From Myxococcota bacterium (GTDB lineage Bacteria > Myxococcota_A > UBA9160 > PR03): a stretch of 64,000 nt of DNA. Shown in pieces: positions 16,352 through 25,309 of the stretch. Both the position numbers and the translations under genes were made by a program. The stretch's first letter is position 1, and every line of letters begins with the position of its first letter. The stretch lies in assembly GCA_041611735.1 (NCBI GenBank), contig JBFIML010000015.1, forward strand, positions 1 through 64,000. Reading direction: 5' to 3'. The notes beneath the pieces are model-generated. The model saw only the letters and a list, made by a program, of their open reading frames with translations, ran no database searches and had not been told where the DNA came from.

Positions 16352-17053
16352 GTGCACCCGCTTGACCCCCCGTTGTGCGAGCTGGCCCAGGACCTCTGGG
16401 TCGCGGAGCGCCCCCAGCGCTTCTACGGGCTCGAGGTCGGGACCCGCATGACCGTGATCCGCCTCGCCGACGGGAGCCTCCTGCTGCACTCTCCGGTCGC
16501 GCTGACCCCCCCGCTGCGTCGAGAACTCGATGCGATCGGCCGCGTCCGCTTCGCCGTGGCCCCGAATCGGCTCCATCACCTTCACGCCGGCGCGGTGGCC
16601 GAGGCGTATCCGGAGGCCCGGCTGTGGGTGGCGCCCGGGCTCGAGCGCAAGCGGCCGGACCTCGTGTTCGTCGCAGTGCTCGGCGACGAGGCGCCTGCCG
16701 AATGGAAGGACGAGGTGGATCAGGTCTTCGTCCGCGGACGTCCCTACGAGAACGAAGTCGTCTTCCTGCACCGCCCGAGCCGGACCCTGATCCTGTGCGA
16801 TCTGGCCTTCCATTTCGGGCCGCGCGCGGCCGCACCCACGCGTCTGCTCATGAGACTGCTGCGGAGCTACGGCCGCTTCGGCCCCACCCGGCTGGACCCG
16901 TTGCTGATCCGGGACCGCCGTGCGGCGCGCCAGAGCCTCGAACGCATACTCGGCTGGGACTTCGACCGCGTCGTGGTCGCCCACGGCGACGTGCTGGAGA
17001 GCGGCGGCCGCGAAGCCCTGCGCCGGGGCTACTCCTGGCTGCTCGCCGGGTGA
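16352..17053 (+). CDS. DUF4336 domain protein (metallo-beta-lactamase-like)
   Basis: 'RMTVIRLADGSLLLHSP', 'APNRLHH', 'EVVFLH', 'WDFDRVVVAHG'. Confidence 0.85.
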   Translation: MHPLDPPLCELAQDLWVAERPQRFYGLEVGTRMTVIRLADGSLLLHSPVALTPPLRRELDAIGRVRFAVAPNRLHHLHAGAVAEAYPEARLWVAPGLERKRPDLVFVAVLGDEAPAEWKDEVDQVFVRGRPYENEVVFLHRPSRTLILCDLAFHFGPRAAAPTRLLMRLLRSYGRFGPTRLDPLLIRDRRAARQSLERILGWDFDRVVVAHGDVLESGGREALRRGYSWLLAG

Positions 17054-17108
17054 GGGAGGCGGGCGGGGAGCCCTCGCGGTCCTGGGGGGACCCGGGTGCT
17101 GCGGCAGG

Positions 17109-17675
17109 CTAGGCCTCGTCGTCCCACCAGCGCATGCGGAGATCGATCCACATCCCGGCCAGGATCGCCCGCATCCCCTGGTGCTCCCGGTGCAGCGCCG
17201 GTTCTGCCGGGCCCGCGAGGGCCTGGGCCAGAGGGCGTCGGTACCAGGGGAACAGCGTGCGCGGCAGAGCGTCGGGCGGGAACCAGCGGACGCGGGGCGT
17301 CTCCCGGCTGGGGCGGAGCCGTCCTCCCTGCACCCGGCAGACGTACACGCGCGCCACGTGCGGGCGAAAGCCGGTCCGCACGTAATCCCCCACCCGACGC
17401 TCGATTCCGACCTCCAAGCCGGTCTCCTCCCGAACCTCGCGGCGCAGCGCCTCGAACTCGTCCTCCCCCGCGCGCAGGTTCCCGCCGGGCAGCTCCCAGC
17501 CCCGCAGGTCGCTGCGCACCGTGAGGAGCACGCCATCGGGCGAACGGATCACCGCCTGCACCACCACCAGTTCGCCGCGTTCGCGGGTGCGCGGCGCCAG
17601 CAGCCCCCACCAGGCCAGGTAGCCGTAGATCCGCGGCAGGCGCGCCAGCTGCCGCAGCCTTCCCCCGCCGCTCAC
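17109..17675 (-). CDS. NUDIX hydrolase
   Basis: Complete Nudix box [27 protein letters not shown] overlap with hisG stop. Confidence 0.85.
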   Translation of the reverse strand: MSGGGRLRQLARLPRIYGYLAWWGLLAPRTRERGELVVVQAVIRSPDGVLLTVRSDLRGWELPGGNLRAGEDEFEALRREVREETGLEVGIERRVGDYVRTGFRPHVARVYVCRVQGGRLRPSRETPRVRWFPPDALPRTLFPWYRRPLAQALAGPAEPALHREHQGMRAILAGMWIDLRMRWWDDEA

Positions 17676-18562
17676 TCCACGATCTTGTTGAGCGGATACT
17701 CGACGATGCCCTGGGCACCGCCCTCGGAGAGCTGCGGGATCAGCTCGCGCACGATCCGCTCCTCGACGATCGTGTTCACGGCCACCCAGCGTTCGTCGGC
17801 GAGCTGGGAGATGGTGGGCGTGGCCAGGGCCGGCAGCAGCGCGAGAATCTTGTCGAGTCGCTGCCGCGGCACGTTCATCATCAGGCCGACCCGATCGCTG
17901 GCGGCAATGGCGCCGCGCAGGAGCAGCACGATGCGTTCCATCTTGCGCCGCTTCCAGGCGTCCTGATGGGCGGCGCGGTTCGCGACCAGGCGAGGCGTGC
18001 TCTCCAGCACGGTATCCAGGACGCGAAGGTCGTTGGCGCGCAGGCTCGCGCCCGTTTCCGAGACGTCCACGATGGCGTCCGCGAGCAGCGGAGGCTTCAC
18101 CTCCGTTGCGCCCCAGGAGAACTCCACGTCGGCCCGCACGCCGTGCTCGCGCAGGTAGCGCTGGGTGAGTCCCACCGCCTCGGTGGCGATGCGCCGGCCC
18201 TCCAGGTCCCGCACGCTGCGAAACGGCGAGCTCTCCTTCACCGCGAGCACCCAGCGCACGGGCCGGTAGTTGGGCCAGGGCGCACGCAGGTCCGCCAGCT
18301 CCTTGACCTTGGCCCGGTTCTCGATCACCCAATCCACCCCGGTGATGCCGGCGTCCATGACGCCCTGCTCCACGTAGCGGGCCATTTCCTGGGCGCGGAT
18401 CAGGATGCACTCGATCTCCGGATCGTCGATGGACGGGTAGTAGGAGCGCGTGGAGGCGCGGATCTGGTAGCCGGCCAGGGCGAACAGCTTGAGGGTGGTG
18501 TCCTGCAAGCTGCCCTTCGGAAGACCGAGCTTGAGACGCGGCGCGCGCCCCTTCTCCTTCAC
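17672..18562 (-). CDS. hisG: ATP phosphoribosyltransferase, long form
   Basis: 'LPKGSL', 'RAQEM', 'FSWGATE', 'ETGASLRAN', C-terminal regulatory domain. Confidence 0.95.
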   Translation of the reverse strand: MKEKGRAPRLKLGLPKGSLQDTTLKLFALAGYQIRASTRSYYPSIDDPEIECILIRAQEMARYVEQGVMDAGITGVDWVIENRAKVKELADLRAPWPNYRPVRWVLAVKESSPFRSVRDLEGRRIATEAVGLTQRYLREHGVRADVEFSWGATEVKPPLLADAIVDVSETGASLRANDLRVLDTVLESTPRLVANRAAHQDAWKRRKMERIVLLLRGAIAASDRVGLMMNVPRQRLDKILALLPALATPTISQLADERWVAVNTIVEERIVRELIPQLSEGGAQGIVEYPLNKIVE

Positions 18563-18945
18563 CGGCCGTAGACCTCGCGCGGGTCGAACACCTGCTCCCC
18601 CACGTCCTGCCAGCGGCTCTCCTCGAGACGCCGGAAGAAGCAGCTCCGCTTGCCCATGTGGCACGCCGCGCCACCGCGTTGCTCGACCGCCAGCAGCACC
18701 ACGTCGCCATCGCAATCGACGAGGATCCGTTTCACGATCTGGACGTTCCCGCTCTGCTCGCCCTTGTGCCACAGAGCCTGCCGCGAGCGGCTCCAGTAGA
18801 CCGCCTCGCCGGTCTCGAGGGTGCGCCGGAAGGCTTCGCGATTCATGTGGGCCACCATCAGGATCTCCCCACTGGCTTCGTCCTGGGCGATGGCGGTGAC
18901 GAGTCCACCGGCTTTCTCGAATGCGAGCACCTGGCTGGGATCCAT
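18559..18945 (-). CDS. hisI: Phosphoribosyl-AMP cyclohydrolase (monofunctional)
   Basis: 'YWSRSR', 'KGEQSG', 'DCDGD', '[10 protein letters not shown]'. Confidence 0.95.
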   Translation of the reverse strand: MDPSQVLAFEKAGGLVTAIAQDEASGEILMVAHMNREAFRRTLETGEAVYWSRSRQALWHKGEQSGNVQIVKRILVDCDGDVVLLAVEQRGGAACHMGKRSCFFRRLEESRWQDVGEQVFDPREVYGR

Positions 18946-18957
18946 GGCGCGCCGAGG

Positions 18958-21549
18958 CTACCGGGGGGTGAGAGCCGCCGCCAGCCGCTCGCGCAGCGCG
19001 GGCAGCGAGTCGAAGGCGGCGCCGTGGACGTAGACCACGTCGCGCGCGTCGGGGATGCGCTCGCGGTCCAGGATGCCACGCCGCACCAGCCATTCGAGCG
19101 CGTTGCCGAAGGTGGCGAGGCTCGCCGCCTCGGGCCGCTTCACCTCACCGAGCAGGGTCGCCCGTTCGAAGCACTCGGCCGCCTGCTTCTGGAGGCGACG
19201 GCGGGTCACCGCAGCCGGTGCGGTGAGGGCGGCGGAGAAGGAGGCGTAGTAGGCCTCGAGGACCGGCCGGGTCTGCTCGGCGAGGAAGCGCAGGTACGGC
19301 CACCCCTTCTCGGTGGCGACCAGCACGCCTTCCTGCGGCTCCACCACGCCGAGCTGCTCGAAGTAGTCCACGAAGGCGTCGAACTGGGCCGCCAGCACGA
19401 CGGCCCGAGGCGTGAAGAACTCGTCGTGGAAGAGATCCGTCCAGTGGGCGAGCTCCTGCCGCAACTCCTCCCGGGAGGCTCGCTGGAGCAGCCGGCGCGC
19501 CAGGAAGCTCGGCGTGGCCAGGAAGTGCAGGATGGTGTTGCGGTACAGGTCGAGCGCCCGCCGTTTGCCCTCCTCGAAGAAGAGGATCTCTCCGCGCGGA
19601 TCTGCGGCGGACTCGATCAGGTCGCTGCGCAGCAGGAAGGCGATCGACTCGCGGAACTCTCCCTCGTCCCGGGCCAGGGCCGGAGTCAGCTTGACGTCCT
19701 GCAGGCGCAGCAGGTCCACCACCTCCTGGATGCGTCGCACCAGATCGTGACGCAGCAGGCCGCGCCGTGGCTCCCCGAGCAGCGCGCAGGCCACCACCGA
19801 CGTGGAGTTGGCCACCGTGGCCCAGTTGATGCGCTCGACCAGGCGGTTGCCCAGTTCCTCGACGACCCGGCGCCGCTCCGCGTGGGCCTCCGGGGCGGCC
19901 AACGCCGCGCGTCGCTCCCCGATCGCGTCGGCCAGCGAGAGCGGCTCGCCGAAGCTCACGTAGGCACTGCCCCAGGCCCGGCTCAGCACCTTGCGGGCCC
20001 GCACCAGGCCGATGACGCTCTCGTCCTGCTTCCTGCCGCCTTCGAGCTCGTGGAGCATGGCCCCCTCCTCCACCAGCCGTTCGTAGGTGATGGCGATCGG
20101 CACCAAGAAGAGGTCGTGGTGGCTGCCCTCCAGGAAGGCCTCCACGTTCCAGGTCAGCATCCCGAGGCGCGGGGTCAGCGTGCGTCCGGTGCGCGAGCGG
20201 CCGCCCTCGATGAAGAACTCCTGCGTGAACCCCTCGCGCACCAGGTAGCTCACGTAGGAGCGGAACACCTCCTTGTAGAGCGGGTCGTCGAAGGAGCGGC
20301 GCAGATAGAAGGCCCCGAGGCGCCGGAACAGCGCTCCGAAGGGCCCGAAGGCCATGTTCTCGCGGGCCGCGATGTGCGGCGGCACCAGATGGTGGGCGTA
20401 GAAGAGCCAGGAGAGGATCAGGAAGTCGAAATAGGAGCGGTGGCTCGGCACCAGCACGATGGGGTTGCGTTTGGCGTATTCCGCCACCTTCTCGATGCCG
20501 ATCGACTCGATGGACACGAACATGCGCCGGAAGATCCGCGTGACGATGCCGTTCATGATCGCCAGCAGGGTGGAGTTCATGTGGGCGGCGACTTCGCGAA
20601 ACGCCCGGACTGCGTCGCTGCGGGCGGAGGCCGGGGAAATGCCACGCTCCCGGGCCCGTGCCGCGATGGCCCGCTGCACGGCGGCGTCGTCGAGCACGGT
20701 CTCCTGCACGAGATGGCGGGGCCGCAGGGTGGGCCCCTCGACGACCTTCTCCTCGCGGTACAGGAAGACGAGGATCACGCGCCGCACCTTGCGCGCGAGA
20801 ACGGTCTCGCCCTCGGTGCGCCGTTCGGCCACGAAGCCACGCAGGTCGATCGGGTCGCCGACCTTGACGAAGAGCCCGCGGTAGGTGGCCAGGAACCCCG
20901 TCACCTTGGCGAAGTCCGAGGGCCGGGTCGGCGCCCCGTAGGCCAGGTTCAGGAAGCGGCGCTGGCTGCGCGGGCCCTTGCGCCAGAAGAGGGCCAGCGG
21001 CACCAGGAAGACGGGGCGTCCCGCGGCGGCGGTGTGCACGGTCTGCTCGAGGAGGTCCAGGTCGGCTCGCTCGGTCTCCATCACCCGACGCCGGCCGCGC
21101 AGCCACGAGCGCAGCCGCGCGGTGCGCAGGAACAGGAACAGCGACTCGCCGGCCGACGCCAGCCCCCGGACCGTCTCGGCCCCGGGGGCCGCCGGGGCCC
21201 GACCGCTGCGGCCCAGGCGCAGACGCAGCGCCTCCCACAAGGGGCGGTAGTAGTAGAAGCGGATGCCGTTGGCGAATCCGGAGAGCCGCAGGGCGTGGCG
21301 CAGGAAGAGCGCGTTGAACAGGAAGTAGTCCAGGCGGCTCGCGTAGCGCATGACGTAGACCACCGAACCGCGCTGCTCGAGCTCGCGGAGGCGCGTGACC
21401 GTGACCGGGTCGAGGGTCAGGTGGCGGAAATAGCGGCGCGCGAACCAGCGGAAGAAGACGTTGAAGCGCGGCGTCATCGCCGACAGCGGGTCGGCGAGGG
21501 CGGCGGCGGCCACGCGAATGGGTGCCGGACGCTCGGAACTCTCCGGCAT
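18958..21549 (-). CDS. plsB: Glycerol-3-phosphate acyltransferase PlsB
   Basis: 'PSHRSYFD', 'GAFYLRR', '[10 protein letters not shown]'. Confidence 0.88.
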   Translation of the reverse strand: MPESSERPAPIRVAAAALADPLSAMTPRFNVFFRWFARRYFRHLTLDPVTVTRLRELEQRGSVVYVMRYASRLDYFLFNALFLRHALRLSGFANGIRFYYYRPLWEALRLRLGRSGRAPAAPGAETVRGLASAGESLFLFLRTARLRSWLRGRRRVMETERADLDLLEQTVHTAAAGRPVFLVPLALFWRKGPRSQRRFLNLAYGAPTRPSDFAKVTGFLATYRGLFVKVGDPIDLRGFVAERRTEGETVLARKVRRVILVFLYREEKVVEGPTLRPRHLVQETVLDDAAVQRAIAARARERGISPASARSDAVRAFREVAAHMNSTLLAIMNGIVTRIFRRMFVSIESIGIEKVAEYAKRNPIVLVPSHRSYFDFLILSWLFYAHHLVPPHIAARENMAFGPFGALFRRLGAFYLRRSFDDPLYKEVFRSYVSYLVREGFTQEFFIEGGRSRTGRTLTPRLGMLTWNVEAFLEGSHHDLFLVPIAITYERLVEEGAMLHELEGGRKQDESVIGLVRARKVLSRAWGSAYVSFGEPLSLADAIGERRAALAAPEAHAERRRVVEELGNRLVERINWATVANSTSVVACALLGEPRRGLLRHDLVRRIQEVVDLLRLQDVKLTPALARDEGEFRESIAFLLRSDLIESAADPRGEILFFEEGKRRALDLYRNTILHFLATPSFLARRLLQRASREELRQELAHWTDLFHDEFFTPRAVVLAAQFDAFVDYFEQLGVVEPQEGVLVATEKGWPYLRFLAEQTRPVLEAYYASFSAALTAPAAVTRRRLQKQAAECFERATLLGEVKRPEAASLATFGNALEWLVRRGILDRERIPDARDVVYVHGAAFDSLPALRERLAAALTPR

Positions 21550-21614
21550 GTCGATCCATTCCTTATCACGGGCCCCGGACTGCGGCAACGAACGCCCCGA
21601 GGGCGGACGCCTGC

Positions 21615-22466
21615 TCAGCCCAGGATCTCGTCCATGCGGGCGGCGATCTCTTCGGGAGTCCAGAGGCCGTCGTCGTCGCGCTTGGTCACGCCCTCGGTGC
21701 GCAGCATGCGCATTTCGGCAATGCGGCCGCCCCCCGCGAAGAAGATGCGCCCCGTCACGTCCCGGGCCAGGTCGCTGGCCAGGAAGACCACCAGGGGCGC
21801 GACCAGGCGCGGGTGCATGCTCTGCTTCGAACCCTCTGCCCCGAAGAAGGGCAGCTCCGCGGTCATGCGCGTGTGGGCCACCGGGGCCAGGGCGTTGACC
21901 CGGACCTGGTACTTCTGGCCCTCCAGGGCCAGGCAGCGCGTGAAGCCCGCGATGCCGGCCTTGGCGGCTCCATAGTTGGACTGGCCGAAGTTGCCCTCCA
22001 GCCCGGAGGTGGAGGAGGTGTTCACGATCGATCCGCCGGCCCCGCGCTCCCGCAGGTGGTTGAAGACCGGCCGCGTGACGCAGTAGGTGCCCTTCAGGTG
22101 AACCGCGATCACCGTGTCCCAGAGCCCCTCGTCCATCTTGGCCAGGGTCTTGTCGCGCAGGATTCCGGCGTTGTTCACCAGCACGTCCACCTGGCCGAAG
22201 GCGTCCAGGGCGGTCTGGAGGATGCGCTGGCCCCCCTCGACGCTCGACACCGTGTCGTAGCTGGCCACGGCCTCCCCGCCCGCGGCGTCGATCTCTTCGA
22301 CCACCGCGTCGGCCATGGAGTGGCCCGCGCCGGTGCCGTCGCGGGCGCCGCCCAGGTCGTTCACCACCACCCGCGCGCCCGCCGCGGCCAGGGCCAGGGC
22401 GTGCTCGCGCCCCAGGCCGCCGCCGGCGCCGGTCACGATCGCCACCTTGCCGTCGAGCAGTGCCAC
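21615..22466 (-). CDS. SDR oxidoreductase (3-hydroxyacyl-CoA dehydrogenase/MFE-2-like)
   Basis: 'TGAGGGLG', 'VVVNDLG', 'NNAGILRD', 'YGAAK'; GAGGAGG SD. Confidence 0.9.
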   Translation of the reverse strand: MALLDGKVAIVTGAGGGLGREHALALAAAGARVVVNDLGGARDGTGAGHSMADAVVEEIDAAGGEAVASYDTVSSVEGGQRILQTALDAFGQVDVLVNNAGILRDKTLAKMDEGLWDTVIAVHLKGTYCVTRPVFNHLRERGAGGSIVNTSSTSGLEGNFGQSNYGAAKAGIAGFTRCLALEGQKYQVRVNALAPVAHTRMTAELPFFGAEGSKQSMHPRLVAPLVVFLASDLARDVTGRIFFAGGGRIAEMRMLRTEGVTKRDDDGLWTPEEIAARMDEILG

Positions 22467-22483
22467 CCGGGCACCTCCTCCCC

Positions 22484-23320
22484 TCAAGCGTAGAGCAACG
22501 TGCGCAGGGCGGCGAAGGGACGGAAGCCGAGCTTGGCGTACAGGCGGTTCGCCGCCCGATTGCCGTCGACGACCGAGAGCTGCACGTGATCCGCACCCCG
22601 GGCGAAGGCCGTCGCACACAGCTGCGAGACGCCGGCCGCCGCAAGGCCCCGCCCGCGCCAGCGCGGCCAGGTATAGACCCCCTGCAGCAGCCAACCCTCC
22701 GGCAGCTGCACGTCCGCGTAGCCGACGAAAGCGGCCTTCCCCTCCGCGTCGCCCACCAGGGCGCGCGAGATCCGCGCCTGCACCCAGGACCGGAAGCCCC
22801 GGGGATCGCCTTCGAAGGGATCCGGACGGCCCTCCTCGCGCAGGCTGGCGCGGGCGGCCTCCACCAGGGCGTCCAGGTCGCCCGACCGCGCCGGGCGCAG
22901 CGCGAGCTTCCCGGACGGGGCCTGCGGAACCAGCTCCGCCGACCCCACCCGGTGGGCGGTCTCGGGCCGGTCCACCAGCGCCCGGCGACCGCGCGCAGCG
23001 AGTTGTTCCCACAGCGGCGCCACCAGCTCCACGGGGCTGCGGATCAGGCCGGTGGGCAGCAGGGCGAGACGCTCCACCAGGGCGGCGAGGGCGTCGGGTC
23101 CAACCCCGGCCTCGATGGCGACGGACGGTCGGGCCGCGGCCACCCCCACCAGCCGTCCGGCCCGGCTGGCCGCCAGCACCTCCGCGCGCGGCTCGCCGCG
23201 CCGGGGCAGCCCGCCCACCTGGTGCACCAGGTCGATCAGGAACAGATTGCGGGCCGCATCGCGCCGCAGCCGTCGGAGGGCGGTCTCCCGGGCACGGCGG
23301 CGCAGGGGTGCCACCGTCAC
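22484..23320 (-). CDS. GNAT family acetyltransferase
   Basis: 'VYTWPRWRGRGLA', 'N.AA.RLYAKLGF'; start approximate. Confidence 0.82.
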   Translation of the reverse strand: MTVAPLRRRARETALRRLRRDAARNLFLIDLVHQVGGLPRRGEPRAEVLAASRAGRLVGVAAARPSVAIEAGVGPDALAALVERLALLPTGLIRSPVELVAPLWEQLAARGRRALVDRPETAHRVGSAELVPQAPSGKLALRPARSGDLDALVEAARASLREEGRPDPFEGDPRGFRSWVQARISRALVGDAEGKAAFVGYADVQLPEGWLLQGVYTWPRWRGRGLAAAGVSQLCATAFARGADHVQLSVVDGNRAANRLYAKLGFRPFAALRTLLYA

Positions 23321-23382
23321 CGGCCCGACCGATGCGAGACTACCCCGGGATCCGCCCGCCCTGTGGTCCTGGTGTGCGCCAC

Positions 23383-23598
23383 TCATTCCAGGACGACCAG
23401 GACGGCCCCCTCTTCGATGCTCGCCCCCTCCTGGGCGCGGATCTCGGCCACGCGCCCGGCGCATGGCGCCTCCACGGGAATCTCCATCTTCATGGACTCG
23501 AGAATCAGGAGCACGTCGCCCTCGGCGACATCGTCCCCGACTGCCTTCTCGATCTTCCAGACGTTGCCGGTGATCTGCGCTTCCACCTGGGTGGCCAT
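23383..23598 (-). CDS. Stand-alone biotin/lipoyl carrier protein
   Basis: 71 aa, 'LESMKME' biotinylation motif. Confidence 0.9.
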   Translation of the reverse strand: MATQVEAQITGNVWKIEKAVGDDVAEGDVLLILESMKMEIPVEAPCAGRVAEIRAQEGASIEEGAVLVVLE

Positions 23599-23739
23599 GG
23601 GCCGTCAGTCCCCTTCCAGCTCGCGCGAGGCGCGAGGGTAGCAGGCGCGGCTGCCAGCTTCCGAGCCTCCGGAACACGGCCGGGCCGCATGGCCAGTCCC
23701 GGGTGTGTTCCGTATCTTGCGGATTCGCGGAGGAGTTCG

Positions 23740-25242
23740 ATGCTCGAGACCCTGACCCGGGGCTTCCAGGCCGCCAGCGAGAAGCTGCGCGGCGTGCGCG
23801 AGCTCACCGAGGACCGCATCGAGGAGGCGCTGCGCGACGTCCGCAGCTCGCTCCTCGAGGCCGACGTGGACTTCACCGTGGTGAAGGACTTCCTCGGCCG
23901 GGTGAAGCAGCGGGCCCTCGGCGAGAAGCTGGAAACCCGGGTGCGCGACGCCCAGGGCCGCCGCCTGCGGGTCACCCCGGGCCAGCACTTCGTGGCGGCT
24001 TGCGAGCAGGAGCTGACGGCCCTGATGGGGCCGGTGGACCCCGCCCTGGCCCCGGACGCGCGGGGGGCGGTCTCGGTGATGCTCGTGGGCCTGCAGGGCG
24101 TCGGCAAGACCACCGTCGCCGGCAAGCTTGCCCTCCACCTGCAGCGCCAGGGGCGGCGGCCGCTGCTGGTGGCCGCCGACATCCAGCGCCCGGCGGCCAT
24201 CCTCCAGCTCCAGCGCCTGGGCGCGTCCATCGGCGTGCCGGTGCACGCGGGCGCCGAGGGCGAGGGGGCCCCCGCCATCTGCGCCGCGGCGCGCGAGCGC
24301 GCCGCCCGGGAAGGCCTCGACGCCGTGGTCTACGACACGGCTGGACGCCTTGCGATCGACGAAGCGCTCATGCAGGAGCTGACCGAGGTGAACGCACGGG
24401 TTGCCCCGGCCAACACCCTGCTGGTGTGCGACGCGCTGATGGGGCGCGACGCGGTGAACGTGGCCCGCGGCTTCGCGGAGCGGCTGCGCCTGGACGGACT
24501 CGTGCTCACCAAGATCGACGGCGACGCGCGCGGCGGCGCGGCGCTGGCCGTGAAGGCCGTGACCGGGGTCCCGATCAAGTTCCTGGGCACCGGCGAAGCC
24601 CTGGAACGGCTCGAGCCGTTCCGGCCCGAGGGGCTGGCCTCCCGGATCCTCGGCATGGGCGACGTGGTCGGCCTGGTGCGCGACTTCGAGGCCGTGGTCG
24701 ACGAGAAGCAGGCCGAGCAGGATGCCGAGCGGCTGCTGCGGGGCCGCTTCGGCATGGACGACCTCCTGAAGCAGCTCCGCACCATCCAGCGCATGGGACC
24801 GCTGCGCGAGGTCTTCGCACGCCTGCCCGGCATGGGCGGCCTGGCGGACCAGGTGGAGGAGCGCGAGCTGGTCAAGGTCGAGGCCATGATCCAATCCATG
24901 ACGGCCGGCGAGCGGGCGCGCCCCGAGCTGATCGACAAGAGCCGCGCCGGGCGCATCGCCAGCGGCAGCGGGCGGCGGCCGCGCGAAGTGCACGGCCTGG
25001 TGAAGCGCTTCGTCACCATGCGCGGCCTGCTGGGGCGCCTGGGCGGCCGGGGTGGCCTGCTCGGGCGGGTGCCGGGGCTCGGCCGGATGGCCGGGGCGGG
25101 GGGGATCGACCCCGAGGCCCTGCTGGCCGGGGGCAGCGGTGGCGGGCCGGGGGGGCGCGTGGCGGATGCCCGCCGTCGCTCGCGAGCGAAGCGCAAGCGG
25201 AAGCAGGCACGCAAGGATCGGAAGAAGGGGCGGCGTCGCTAG
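23740..25242 (+). CDS. ffh: Signal recognition particle protein Ffh
   Basis: 'GLQGVGKTT', 'DTAGR', 'TKIDGDARGG', 'RILGMGD', M domain; GGAGGAG SD. Confidence 0.95.
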   Translation: MLETLTRGFQAASEKLRGVRELTEDRIEEALRDVRSSLLEADVDFTVVKDFLGRVKQRALGEKLETRVRDAQGRRLRVTPGQHFVAACEQELTALMGPVDPALAPDARGAVSVMLVGLQGVGKTTVAGKLALHLQRQGRRPLLVAADIQRPAAILQLQRLGASIGVPVHAGAEGEGAPAICAAARERAAREGLDAVVYDTAGRLAIDEALMQELTEVNARVAPANTLLVCDALMGRDAVNVARGFAERLRLDGLVLTKIDGDARGGAALAVKAVTGVPIKFLGTGEALERLEPFRPEGLASRILGMGDVVGLVRDFEAVVDEKQAEQDAERLLRGRFGMDDLLKQLRTIQRMGPLREVFARLPGMGGLADQVEERELVKVEAMIQSMTAGERARPELIDKSRAGRIASGSGRRPREVHGLVKRFVTMRGLLGRLGGRGGLLGRVPGLGRMAGAGGIDPEALLAGGSGGGPGGRVADARRRSRAKRKRKQARKDRKKGRRR

Positions 25243-25309
25243 CCGGAGGGCGGCGGCCGCTCCGTCGCGGCTTCAGGTTCAGGCCTCTGGCTGCCGATTC
25301 AGGGGGCTC

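Noticed and set aside
23740-25242. ffh not followed by rpsP-rimM-trmD-rplS; Gly/Arg/Lys-rich tail
   Set aside because: Context variation and basic tails are common; all SRP GTPase motifs are intact
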